A DNA stretch of 64,000 nt from Octopus vulgaris (Eukaryota): contig OX597819.1 in assembly GCA_951406725.2 (NCBI GenBank), positions 70,308,001-70,372,000 on the forward strand, in the 5' to 3' direction. The position numbers and the translations under genes are program-made. Shown here piece by piece: positions 13,290 through 26,808 of the stretch; position 1 is the stretch's first letter; each line of letters opens with the position of its first letter. The notes beneath the pieces are model-generated. The model saw only the letters and a program-made list of their open reading frames with translations, ran no database searches and had not been told where the DNA came from.

Positions 13290-13355
<66 letters not shown>

Positions 13356-13409
13356 GCAGGCAGACAGGCAGGCAGATAGACAGACAGGCAGGCAGGCAGG
13401 CAGGCAGGC

Positions 13410-13488
<79 letters not shown>

Positions 13489-13574
13489 CAGACTGACAGA
13501 TAAGATAGACAGATAGACGTAGATAGACAGACAAACAGACAGACAGGCAGGCAGGCAAGCAGATAGATAGATAA

Positions 13575-13647
<73 letters not shown>

Positions 13648-13648
13648 A
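13130..13648. repeat. Compound GATA/GACA/GGCA tetranucleotide microsatellite
   Basis: Direct reading. Confidence 0.95.
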
Positions 13649-14413
13649 ACAATCAGGTAAGTTGGTAGAGAGAAAACTCTATAAATAGATACATTGAGAC
13701 AAGTACTTATGTAGGTTATTATAGTGGGAAAACTAAAGAGAGAGAGAGAGAGAAATCATTGGGTGGAGAGATGGATGAACAGAAACGAAGAGAGAGAGAG
13801 AGAGAGAGAGAGAAGAAATGAGAAAGAGGAGTGAGGTGAAAAAGTTGATAGAAATTGAAGGATTTTGAAGAAGAAAGAGAGGAAAGAAAATGAAAGAAAG
13901 AATGAAACAGGAATTAGGGAATGTGGTGGTTAAAGAAAGACAGCAGAACAATGTGAGAATGAGGAATGAAAAGAGGAAAGTAGTTTGTGGATAATATGGT
14001 TAATGTGACCCTTGGGCAAGTATCTTTTATAGGCAACAGGCCAGCCAAAGTCTTGTAACTGGATTTGGTGACCAAAACTGAAAGAAGCCCATCAGATATG
14101 TGTGTGTATGTGTGTGTTTGTGTGTCTGTGTTTCTTGCCCCAACATCGCTTGACAACCGATGCTTGTGTGTTTACATCCACATAACTTAACAGTTCGGCA
14201 AAAGAGACCAATAGAATAAGTACCAGGCTTACAAAGAATAGGTCCTGGGGTTGATTTGCTTGACTAAAAGCTATGCTCCAGCATGGCCGCAGTCAAATAA
14301 CTGAAACAAATAAAAGAATAAAATTATATATATATATATACATATGTATTACCAAGTTTGAAAGCAGAGAGATCCAATGGATACAAATTATTTTTTCAAT
14401 TAATTAACATCTT

Positions 14414-14515
14414 TGCCTACAATTGTTTCATTTTGTATCCAACTTAAACTACAAAACATACATAAATATATAAGCTTGCAGTTCAAAATACCTTGGGTGG
14501 AAAATCATCAGGGCA
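14414..14515 (-). ncRNA. Type I hammerhead motif with enlarged stem II
   Basis: Minus strand TGCC-CTGATGA-(~75 nt)-GAAAC-AATT-GTA-GGCA; palindromic stem III ACAATTGT. Confidence 0.55.
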
Positions 14516-15282
14516 TAAACAAGGATTACATTATGATCTGTTGGTATTCTCCAATATACTAAGATTATATATTTATATATGATTCATATTTTAAATTAGA
14601 TGTAAAATAAAACAATTGTAGGTGAAGATGATAATTAATTAATAGATTAATTTGTATCCATTGGGCCTCTCCATTTCAAATTTAATAATATTTGATATAA
14701 TATATTCATTGAAGGAATATCCCTTCAAAATACAATATATTAAACCAGAGTATCTTGGATAAATATACCCCCTATAAGAGGTCTAAATATCCTCATAGCG
14801 ACTATATAATCTGTCTGTCTGTATATATATATATATACATATATATGCATGGATATATTTCTGTGGGTTAGTGGTTGTGAAACAAACTAAGTAAGGGATA
14901 GTACCTATCCAATATACTGCTGATAGTGTACCCAGTTATTCATACCCAAGTGCTAGTTATTGTGTGGCAATTCTGTAATTGAGTGTTATATATGGGCGGG
15001 GGTAAAAATTGGCTTACCCTTAATTTATACAGCAAATAAGAAAATGGAAAGGATACAGAAATGACATACATCAGCTGATAAACATTCTAGTATGTCTATT
15101 TATTCCAGTGTATTAAAATGTATTAGAAAAATACATACACATGTATTAACCACAGACAATCTGATCTTTTGCTGTTTTCTGTAATATTAGTATGTATTCT
15201 TCTAATACATTGGAATAGACATACTAGAATGTCTACCAGCTGATGTATGTTTTTGTATCCTTTCCATTTTCCTATTTTCCGT

Positions 15283-16262
15283 CATCATCATCATCGTTTA
15301 ACGTCCACTTTCCATGCTGACATGTGTTGGACGCTTTGACTGAGGACTGGTGAGCCAGAGGCTGCACCAGGCTCAATCTGATCTGGCAAAGTTTCTACAG
15401 CTGGATGTCCTTCCTAACACCAACCACACTGAGAGTGTAGTGGGTGCTTTTAAGTGCCACCAGCATGAGTGCCAGTCAGGCAGTTCTGGCAACGACCAGG
15501 TTCAAAAGTTGTTTTTACATGCTACCTGCATGGGAGCCAGTCCAGTTGCTTTGGCAATGACCATGCTCGAATGTTGTTTTCCACATGCCACCAGCACATG
15601 TGACAGTAAAGTGACGCTGGCAACGATCACACTTGAATGGTGCTTTTCACATGTCACTGGCACAGGAGCCAATCCGTGGCCCTGGCAATGATCACACTTA
15701 GATGTGCTTTTCACGCTCCACAGGCACAAGTGCCAATCAAGCAGTACTATCATCAGCCACGTCAACGATTTTGATTCATTTACACTTGCCTCAATAGGCC
15801 TTCACAAGCAAGGTTTATTGTCCAATGAATGAGGTGTACTCATAAGTGGGCCGGTTACACCTCATGTTCTGATGTGCTTTTAACGTTCCACTGGCAAGAG
15901 TGCCAATCAGGCCGTACTGGTCATCGGCCACATCAGGAATTTTGATTTTGATTTCACTTGCCTCAATAGGTCTTCACAAGCAAGATTTGTTGTCCAATGA
16001 ATGAGGGGATATTCATAAATGCGCTGGTTACATCCACTGGCATAGGCCATGGGCTATGGTCTCACTTGGCTTGTTGGGTCTTCTCAAGCACAGCATATCT
16101 CCAAAGGTCCCGGTCACAAGTCATTGCCTTGGTAAGGCCCAACATTCAAAAGTCGTGCTTCACCATCCCAGGTTTTCCTGAGTCTACCTCTCCTATGGGT
16201 TCCCTCAACTGCTAGGGTGTGACACTTTTTCACGTAGCTGTCATCTCTCTTGCACACCACAT
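15283..16262 (-). mobile_element. RTE LINE 3' end with tandem-repeat 3'UTR
   Basis: Degenerate ORF end, ~62-bp tandem units, GGAAGG(G/A)CATCC tail and (TGA)n terminus, shared with 44632-45591 and 62555-63250. Confidence 0.75.
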
Positions 16263-16273
16263 CTGATTATATA

Positions 16274-16360
<87 letters not shown>

Positions 16361-16999
16361 GATCTTGCATGCATGTTAAATTAACACTGCAACAGAACTT
16401 TTCCTACAGTGGAACAATGGCTTTTCGGTGATAGCAGTTTTACATTTTCCAGATGCATTTAGCTAGCTAAAATAATGTCTTCATCACTTGACCCTTTCTA
16501 ACCTCTTCTACTTCACCAAAAGCTAGAATAGAGATAACAAGACCACCAACTAAATCAATTGTTCTCAATGATATATCTATCCTTCTGGATGGTTATATAA
16601 GCCAGCACACCCCAAGCAAAAATCAGTTAGTCACCAGTCGGTGATGACTCAACCAAGTTGTCACTTCGGTGGTAACAAAGTCTGGCTGAGCAGCTAGAAC
16701 CTTGGTCAGAGGGAGAAATGAATTTTACTGTCAGCAACTGTGAAACAACGTCCAACACCCTACAACTCTCACTAGTTCTAATTCTGTCTCTTACAACATC
16801 ATTCTATCTCTCTCTGTATTTACTACTAAACAATGAAGAGGACACAAACACAAACTTTACTTATGCTTTTGGATTTATCATAACATGCCCGTCGAGGCAA
16901 GGTATTTGTAACGTAATGGTAAATAAATATTTCCTTAAAACTTCATGCATTGTTCATCCTTCTCATCCTACAGTATGCAATTATAACAAAAATTTATCG

Positions 17000-17033
<34 letters not shown>

Positions 17034-17662
17034 CTATGGATTGTCATAAGGGAGTGGAAAATTTCCATTATTAATAATATAAGGGTAAATAATTTGAAAT
17101 TAATTATTTACCCTCATATTATTAATAATGAAAAAAATATATATATGTGTGTGTGTGTCTTTGTGTTTGTCCCCCCACCATTGCTTGCCAACTGATGTTG
17201 GTGTGTTTATGTCCCTGAAACTTAGCAGTTCATCAAAAGAGACTGATATGATAAGTCCTGGGATTGATTTGTTCGACTAAAGGCAGTGTTCCAGCATGGC
17301 CACTGTCAAATGACTGAAACATGTAAAAGAGAATACAAACATACACAGAAGGTAGCAATTTGAAAAATTGCATACAAGTGGTAGGTGAGATCGAGGGTTG
17401 TTATAGTGGCCACAGCATAAGATGTCTGCTTTGGCATTGGCTGGTACTGCTTGTACGAATTGCTTTTTTTGTCCCAGGTAAATGAGTGAAATTGCAGTTA
17501 CTGTCTATGCATAGTCTCTTGCATTGAGAAAACTGGCATATTTTGGGGTATCATGCGTTTATAGATTTTACTTTATTTGCAGTTGGCAGATTTATCACAG
17601 AGCCGTGAGGTATACATTCAAATTGAGGTGGAGAGTGGTGAGAAGAAGGTGGTCATAGTTCA

Positions 17663-17895
17663 AGGCGGTGAGCTGGCAGAAACGTTAGCACGCCAGGCGA
17701 AATGCTTAGTGGTATTTCGTCTGCCGTTACGTTGTGGGTTCAAATTCCGCTGAGGTCAACTTTGCCTTTCATCCTTTCGGGGTCGATAAATTAAGTACCA
17801 GTTACGCACTGGGGTCGATGTAATCGACTTAATACCTATGTCTGTCCGTGTTTGTCCCCTCTGTGTTTAGCCCCTTGTGGGTAATAAAGAAATAG
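17663..17895 (+). mobile_element. Meta-domain-like tRNA SINE (family D), representative copy
   Basis: GGTTCAAATTCC B-box then CTTTGCCTTTCATCCTTTCGGGGTCGATAAATTAAGTACC domain; many other copies, e.g. 5535-5732, 9485-9745, 20465-20850, 32205-32430, 34530-34745, 38610-38820, 48410-48625, 54995-55202. Confidence 0.75.
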
Positions 17896-18478
17896 GTGGT
17901 CATAGTTACATGAGTAGAATATTATGGCAATGATGATGATGATGGTAATGATGGGTCAGTTGTAGTATTCAGAGAAAATGAAGACTGTGGATAGCTGCAC
18001 ATTGAAGGGATTTTAATCGGTCATCAATTGTGCTAGTTTTGAGGAGTGGCTGTACTGCTGATCATACTGTTAGTTCAGTAGTATATCTTTCTCTTTTACT
18101 CTTTTACTTGTTTCAGTCATTTGACTGTGGCCATGCTGGAGCACCGCCTTTAGTCAAGCAAATCGACCCCAGGACTTATTCTTTGTAAGCCTAGTACTTA
18201 TTTTATCGGTCTCTTTTGCTGAACCACTAAGTTATGGGGATGTCTACCGGCTGACCATCTTAATAATAATGGTTTCAAATTTTGGCACAGAGCAAGTAGC
18301 TTTTGAGGGGAGGGGGAAGTCGATTATATCTATCCTAGTACATGACTGGTACATCCCTGAAAGGATGAAAGGTAAAGTCTACCGTGGGGGAATTTGATCA
18401 CAGAATGTAAAAACGGATAAAATACTACTAAGAATTTTGGCCTTGCTTAGTAACAGTTCTGCCAGTTCACCACCTTAA

Positions 18479-18942
18479 CCCTTTCGTTACTGTATTTCTG
18501 TAGAGATGCTCTATGTTTATTTCAATTACTTTAAATGTAACAAAGAATTTAGTAAAAGAACTTGGTTATCATGAAGCTAGTGTTAAGAACATAAATTGTG
18601 ACAAAGGTTTGGTGAAAGATTTTAATTCAAAACTTATGAAAACAAGACATTTGTACTCAGAGCCAGAATCGGTTTCAGCCAGGTTGATATCAAAAGAATT
18701 GTTTCTCTATAATATATTTTAACCCTTTTCTTACCATATCTCTGTTGAAATGCTCTGTGTTTCTTTCAATTACTTTAAATGTAACGATGAATTTGATAAA
18801 ATAACTTAGTTATCATTAAGCTAGTGTTAGGAACATAAATTGTGACTAAGGTTTGGTGGAGGATTTTAATTCAAAACTTATGAAAACAAGACATTTGTAC
18901 TCAGAACCAGGAGCAGTTTCAGCTGGGTTGGTAACGAAAGAG
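18479..18942. mobile_element. piggyBac-like MITE dimer
   Basis: TTAA|CCCTTTCGTTAC...GTAACGAAAGAG|TTAA enclosing two ~225-bp tandem units; same dimer at 36609-37074, monomer at 38890-39113. Confidence 0.8.
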
Positions 18943-19502
18943 TTAATAATAAGAATAAGAATTCTAGTGCTATAGAATGCTAACAGAAAAGAGACAGTAT
19001 AGGCATACCTCAGAAAACATCTCAGAAAATGCCAAAACAATGCCAAAAGCCACAGATTGGGAGAACAAACCTTATCAACTAGATCACCAAGAGAAAGTAA
19101 CTTCTAATCAATAAATCATTCCCAACAGATGGCAGTGTTTTACCAACAAGAATAGAGAAGCCATCAAAGTACAAAAATTTATGAATAGAAATAACTTGAA
19201 TTGGGGCCTGAAAACAAAAACAGTCCCTATGATGATGATGATGATCATCATAATAATAATAATCTGGGAATGCATACAATGAGCTTCTTTGCCCTAGATG
19301 TACAGAAAAATACTCGGCGAGAAATGGAAGAAAATTTGAAGAAAGAGGAAAAAAAAACAATTATAATAATAATAATCTTTTCTACTCTAGGCACAAGGAC
19401 CGAAATTTGGGGGGAAGTAGCCAGTCGATTAGATCGACCCCAGAACGCAACTGGTACTTAATTAAACAACCCTGAATGGATGAAAGGCAAATTGGATGAA
19501 AG

Positions 19503-19543
<41 letters not shown>

Positions 19544-21539
19544 GGTATTTTAAGGTAGTACTTATAGTGGTGGTGGTGGTAGCAACAGCAACAGTGGTGA
19601 TGGTGGAGCAAAGACTTGTTGCAAGGCTTAAATGATGGAGAGACAAGGGAAATCAGATTGAGGCAAACCCGAGAAAGCGAGTAATATTAGATCGAGGTGT
19701 GGAGAGGGTTGGGGAAAGAACTTGAATTTTGAATAGCTTGAAGTTTTGACTCCGCTTTTGAATCTTTGAGTGGGCGGGGACTGTTTATTAGGAAACACAA
19801 ATTCCCAAGAGAAGTTACTTTTTCAAAAGAATGTGAAGTTACTTCCCTTGCATGAAAAATGTTGAACAAAATGTTTTAACGCAATGAATTGAAATCCTGC
19901 TTTTGTCAACTTTGACTTTCGTCCGTCCAGACACCGAGTAAATAAAAGTCCGATCAAGAGCTGATATAGGAACCAATATATTTGATTGTTCATTCTCCAA
20001 ATATCTATATCCATGTCTCTATATAAGAAAATATTTATGTAAGGGATTGACAAGATACATAATTACTCTTTTAGGTATTCTTACAGGGTTAATCTCTAGG
20101 CAACCGGACATAACATCTTTTACATTTGTCAGCCCCTAGAAAAACAGAATATATGTATGTTCGCTCTCTTTTTTTTTATATTTAGAGTTAGCTTTGGCCG
20201 ACCAACTACTTGGTAGCAAGGATCTGAAGAAAAACACAGTGTTTTGTTCATTATCCTCTAAATATTAAGAAGGCTTGCATATTTTTATAATCCCAGATAT
20301 TGTGATCATTTGTAGAGTATGAAATTAAGGATTTGCGTTCTGTTCCCAAGGGCCCAAGTTCAGCCATTCCTTGCTCAAGCTCTTCCTGGACGACACCATA
20401 TTCACCAAGCGAATGGATAACGGAGAAGCTTCTCCCTTCGGTTTAGAATACAGGTTACTCTATAAGGCGGCGAGCTGGCAGAAACGTTAGCACACCGGGC
20501 GAAATGCTTAGCGGTATTTCGTCTGTCTTTACGTCCTGAGTTCAAATTCCGCCGTGGTTGACTTTGTCTTTCATCCTTTCGGGGTCGATAAATTAAGTAC
20601 CAGTTACGCACTAGGGTCGATATAATCGACTTAATCCGTTTGTCTGTCCTTGTTTGTCCTCTCTGTGTTTAGCCCCTTGTGGGTAGTAAAGAAACAGGTA
20701 TTTCATCTGTCTTTACATTCTGAGTTCATGTTCCGCCGATGTCGACTTTGCCTTTCGGTGTCGATAACTTAAGTGCCAGTTGCATACTGGAGTCGATCTA
20801 AGGTGGCCCCTTTCCCCAAAATTTCGGGCCTTGTGCCTAGAGTAGGAAAGTATTCAGATTACTCTGTCGCTTGGTTTATTGCCTCCACCTTGGAGAAGGC
20901 GGAGGTATTGATTTCAGTCGTGTTTTTGTTTGTTTGTTAGTCCGTGGATAAGATATTTGGATTTTTTTCTCTGCTGGATGGACTCGGATGAAACTTTCAG
21001 CGATGTTTGGCCTCGTGACTGGCACGAACTGATTAGATTTGGGGATAGATTTGGTACCGTCAAAGATTCTGGCTTATTTTTCCGGTTTTTATGCTTAGTT
21101 TTTGAAAGCGGTCGGGTTCATTTTTAGTATTCTCGTTTGTGGGAGCAGCTGAGTTTATTTCAGATATTCTCATTTTAAAAAATCATCCCCTGCTAATCGT
21201 TGAGAGGTCATTGGTGTTGCCTTGGCGGAGGTTTGCGCTCTCAGAGTGCTCTTATTTATATTGTTTTGAATTAATCATGCATTATCTTGAAGTTTAGCGA
21301 TTTCAATGATGCTATTGTTTAATTTTAAAATGACATTGTAGGGTTGAGGTGAGAGGCCAAATCAGGCCAATTTCAATATAAAATAGATAAAATATTTTGG
21401 CCTGATATGGCCGGTTTGACCGTTAAAGGGTCGATAGTTAAGTCACTCAAGTGGGGTAACTCTCAGGAAGGGACGTAATTTAATTTTTGCGTCGGACGGG
21501 TGGGAATCAGACCTTTCATTATAAGCAATTGATAAACAA

Positions 21540-22610
21540 GGCGGAGGTAAAGATCATGGACCGCACCCACTTTGGGATTTTTTTTCTCTACAAGAATTCA
21601 CTATATCGATGGCGGAGATTCCGAATCTGCAAAATAAAAAAATAAAAAGCTGCCCGATTTTTCAAGATAATGATCTAATTCTACACTTTGTCAAGTTCAA
21701 GAATATAAACATGTTTTTAAGCACAATATACGCGGAGTTAAAAAGATACACTACCTGTCACCAACGCAGCAGGGTCGGCACTATGTGAACCATAGTGCTC
21801 TCTCTCCTTAGCATGTAGCTTCCTATCTCGGACACGTGAGCATGTGCACAACAGCCAAACACTGCATCGCTAAAACTATGAAGCTCATAATTCTATACAA
21901 GGGATTTTTGTATATTTTTCATAAACTAGGGAATGGCTACTGACATAAAGCTTAAGGATTATATAATGTACAAGTATGAGGAAAGAATTAAAGGGAAAAG
22001 GACGATAATATCAAGTGGAAATAGGGGGAGCTGCAGTTTTGCAGTGCCTATACACCAACCGCCACTGCTTCCCACCCTGGCTAAATCAATGCACCAGCAC
22101 CTTTAAGTGTTTCTTTATTGACAGCAAGCCACACCATACATAGATAAAAACTGGGCCTTGGGACGGCACATAGACATTTCTCAAACGTTTTGCTTTTGGA
22201 TCATCCTTGAAATACATCCAATATTCTAGGGGAACCCCTACATTAAAAAAAATTAATAAACGTCTTTATAATAATTTCCTTTTACTTTCATAAAGTTAAA
22301 TCTCGTAAGATATTAAACAAATAACTTTCTGAAGGGTTTGGTTGTCTTAATCCATCTGACATTACTAATAAGTTTAAAATTTTTCCTTTAAGCCAAAACC
22401 TTATTGTGACTAAATTCCTTATTAAGCAATCATTTTCCCCATAGGGTCCCTTTATAATCTACAGATGTCAAGATTTTCCTACACACACACGCACAAAAAT
22501 GAGCACAAATACGCATGTATGAACTCTTGTGTCCCCTATATCTATTTTTAAAATCAATAGTATTCCCTGTATAAATTTTCCTATGTCACGTAGGGCTACT
22601 GATCTAACTT

Positions 22611-22685
<75 letters not shown>

Positions 22686-22868
22686 ATATATGTATGTATA
22701 CATATAAGAGGGATGACCACTAAGTGAACATCCAATAGGCAAGGCCCCAATGATCTGACCACTAAGAAAAGATACTCAAAAATCTTCAAATTTTTTCTAT
22801 ATGCTAGGCCACTGGTTTCAATTGATATTAATGAAATTAATATTTAATTTGTTACCCTTATTGTTTAA

Positions 22869-22942
<74 letters not shown>

Positions 22943-23680
22943 CCGCCCATCTATCCATGCATACATATCTATATATATGTGTGTATGTATGCATGTATGT
23001 ATGTATGTATGTATGTATGTATGTATGTATGTATGTATATGTATGTGTATGTATATATATATATGTATATGTATATATATATATAATTATTTCTAGCCCA
23101 CTCTCTATATATGTACATTGCATGCAAATCGCACAGACATGTGTGTGTATGCATATACACCCCATGTTCGCCAGCGCGCATTTTTTAAATTTTCGTTTAC
23201 TACACGTTGTTGTACACCTATTACACTATTTTTTTTTTTTTGCTCGGGTCAAACACTGGAGTTTAAGGGTCAAGGTCTGACGATGTGAATTTTCCGAGTC
23301 CTCTCCCACACCCCACCCCGTCTACGAGTGCGCATTTTTTTTTATATTCGTTTAGAGCAAGTTGTTTTCCACCTATTACATTTTTTTTTTTTTTTTGCTC
23401 GGGTCAATCTCTTTAGTTTGACCTTATAATTCTATGCATGCGTGAAACATTGGGTCCGAAACATTAGTAGGGAAAACACTTCTTGTCATAGGCGGATGTG
23501 TTTATTTTTTTGAAAAATTGCAACTTTTTTTTTTCAGAATCATAATCTCCGTATTTTTCTACTTGTTTCGCACCCAAAAATTTTTTTTTGCATATTAGGA
23601 ATCTCCGCCATCGATATAGTGTGTTCCTGTGAAAAAAAAAAGTCCCAAAGCGGGAGCGGTCCATGACCTTTACCTCCGCT
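21540..23680. mobile_element. Non-autonomous MULE-like DNA transposon (~2.1 kb)
   Basis: ~95-bp imperfect TIRs (21540-21635 vs 23585-23680); 9-bp flanks GATAAACAA / AATAAACAA. Confidence 0.7.
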
Positions 23681-24199
23681 AATAAACAAATAAGAGAAAA
23701 GGTAGGGAAGTCGATATAAATGAGAAAATCTTATGACGGCATCAAAGCAAAATTAGGGTTTGAAACCCCCCCAAAAAAAAATATTTCAAAAATGCAAAAA
23801 AAAACAACCCAATAAAAATAAATAAAATAATAAAGGGTCAGATAAAGAGAAAAACCATGCAGAAACGGCAATAACAATAATACAAGCAGGGATCACCTTA
23901 AATATCTCCCAACCACTTAAAGTATTTCATATGGTCATTAGGTTTTTTTTTTTAATTTTTGTACACAGATGTAACTTTATTATTAATTTCTAGAAAAAAA
24001 ATTTTAATGCGATTTTCGTCATCAGCATGCAAAACTACATTATTTGGCAATAATCTGGTGAAAATTTTAAATATATTTAGAGGCTGGAAGAAATCTAATA
24101 AGATCCCGTAAGGTACACATCAGTTACAGGCTGTAGACCACAGTATTTATGATTCAACCATGTGATGAGTTTACAATGAAAGACAACAACGAAAGAGTA

Positions 24200-24363
24200 G
24201 CGTTATTTCCCGCCATTTCATGTTTCTCCTAACTTCCGGTTCCTGTTAGCGGATGCGGTGTGTGTGTGAATGATTTAAGACCGACTGGACGAAGGAAAAA
24301 AAAATTCTCTCTAAACGATCCTCTTAGCGACCGTTGTAGACGTTCAGTCCTTCATTGTACAAC
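24200..24363 (+). promoter_or_regulatory. SSRP1 proximal promoter/5'UTR with E2F, YY1-like and tandem ETS motifs
   Basis: TTTCCCGC 24206-24213 overlapping CGCCATTT 24211-24218; ACTTCCGG 24232-24239 followed by TTCCTG; locally CpG-rich, no TATA box; 120-160 nt upstream of ATG. Confidence 0.65.
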
Positions 24364-24417
24364 ATGAGCGATACAATCGAATATAACGATGTTGTACAAG
24401 AAGTTCGGGGAGCTTTG
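24364..24417 (+). CDS. SSRP1: SSRP1 coding exon 1 ([18 protein letters not shown])
   Basis: ATG in aacATGa context; matches SSRP1 N-terminus; donor GTAAGT at 24418. Confidence 0.95.
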
Positions 24418-24562
24418 GTAAGTTCCACTTTGTTTATTGTTCGTCATTTCGATAACGGAGAATCGTTGTCTCTCAGTTTTGTTAATGCTTTAGAAAAACA
24501 AGGCCTAAAGATTATGATGTGCGTGTATATAGAGAGGAGTGCCAATTAAAGAAGACTTAAGT

Positions 24563-24604
<42 letters not shown>

Positions 24605-26775
24605 CACAGAGAGAGAGAGAGAAATGTATGCTAGAGATGGTCTAACGTATATAACGCGGATGTATAAAATTTAGATGCATGTGTGTGCATATATATACAC
24701 ACACACACACACATATGTATATATATATATATATGCGTTTTATATGTATGTGTGTGTGTATGTGCGCGTGTATGTATCTATAAATATAAGTGTGCGAGGA
24801 GAGTGAGATAGATATATACATATAAATGTGTAAGCATGTCTGACTGAGCCTCGCACAATTAATTAAAAAAAAATGTCTCCAGTTCGCCACCTTCACGACC
24901 CAGTTTCGATACTTGGTTGTCACTAGTTTATTTACAATATCAGCTATCCTTATTTCCGTTGCCTCTTCTAATAATAAATCTGAGATCGGCCGAAATAATC
25001 CTTAAAATGTTCTTTTCTTGACCCCACTAAACCACAAATATTGGTGGATCCATAGATATGAATGTATCAAAGAAAGAATACGCGCGCGAAAGCGCTCGCT
25101 CCGGCTTTTATTTTGTGAAAGCTAAATCAATTTTGCCTATTTCGTTCTCTTGAAATAGTTAAAATTGTTAATTAATAGAAATACGATTGTCTCAGTCTCA
25201 TCCTCCACTCCCTTCTATAGATTTACGGTTTTATTTCTTACTAGAAGGAAGATTTATTAATTATACGCAAACGAATTAGCAGGGTCGGTAGATTGCTTGA
25301 GGAAAATGCCATGCGATAATGTAGTTACTTCCCTTTACAATCTGAGTTCGAATTTCGCTGAAATCAACATTGTCTTTTACCATTCTTGGGTTGATAAAAT
25401 AAAAGTACAAATCGAGCAATATATCCAAGAAGAGATTGGAATTATATAATCGACAAATCCCATTGTTAATCCTCCATCCCGAATAACTCCATTATTGCTT
25501 GTTGTTTGTCAATCACTTCAAACAGAAGTACATGTGGCTTGAGAATTCACACACCATACTATTAGGTTTATGCTGTATTTCGGCTTTTAGTATTATGTCT
25601 GTGAATGATCTGGTAAACAAACAATCCTATGCAGACTAGCTGTGGAATTTCTTGTTTTGTTTTTTGTTACTGTATTTTCCGTCATTTTATAATATCCCGA
25701 CGATCCTTCGATATTAGTCCACTGTGTCTGCATGAGGAAATGTTATTCACCCACTTTTTCAACCTAACCTTTATATCATGATGAAAGGCTGTGTGGGGTA
25801 ATGACATCATGTATCAATACCGAAGGATTGTTGATATCCCTCATTCTAAAACCCATGTAATTCGCATTCAAGAGAATTTTTTTTCAAAAATCTGTGCTCT
25901 CACCAACCCCTCATTGAGCCTTCAGAATACCCCTCTTCCACCATCCATATTTTTTTCCGTTTCTTCTTTTGTCATTTAATCATGACACATTCCGATGGCA
26001 TGGAGAGTTATGTTTCAAAAACATGCATGTTTTGCAAAAATGTTTTTATGCGAATTGCGTGTTATTTAACATGTAAGGAATTATAAAACAACAAAAATTT
26101 CCCCCAAGAAATTTCAGTGTATGCTTGACTGCTATTTCGAAATCCATCGAATTTTCTATACTGTTTTCTTAGTGACGTTGGAATATTTAAAGACAGTATT
26201 ATGACGAAAGGGTTCCTGTCCATTCTTTTATGTATTTGTAGTGCAGCACCATCATCATCATCATCATCATCGTTTAATGTCCGCTTTCCATGCTAGCATG
26301 GGTTGGACGATTTTGACTGAGGGCTGGCGAACCAGATGGCTGCACCAGGCTCCAGTCTTGATTTGGCAGAGTTTCTACAGCTGGATTTCCTTCCTAACGC
26401 CAACCACTCTGAGAGTGTAGTGGATGCTTTTTACGTGCCACCAGCTACAAGTATCTGCTACTATAGCCCCGGACCAACTAATGCCTTGTGAGTGAATTTG
26501 GTAGACAGAAACTGCATGGAAACCCATTGAATGTGTGTATATATACATACAGTGGCAGATGCAGGGGTGTTCCCTTTCTAGTTGAGCCGTTGCAAATATA
26601 ATAAAATTGTTATACGTAAATGGTCTTCTACAACAAAGCATACGTAAAAATGAATCCATTTGTTACACATTGCGATTCCCACCTTTTTTAGTATTTTTTT
26701 TTTCTAAAGTTTTGGGCAACACCCAAAACAAAATCCTGGATCTCCATCCCCACTAAAATATATATGTGTGTGTCC

Positions 26776-26808
<33 letters not shown>

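Noticed and set aside
16354-16885. Possible solo LTR (TGT...ACA, internal TATATAAG)
   Set aside because: No TSD, PBS/PPT or second copy visible.
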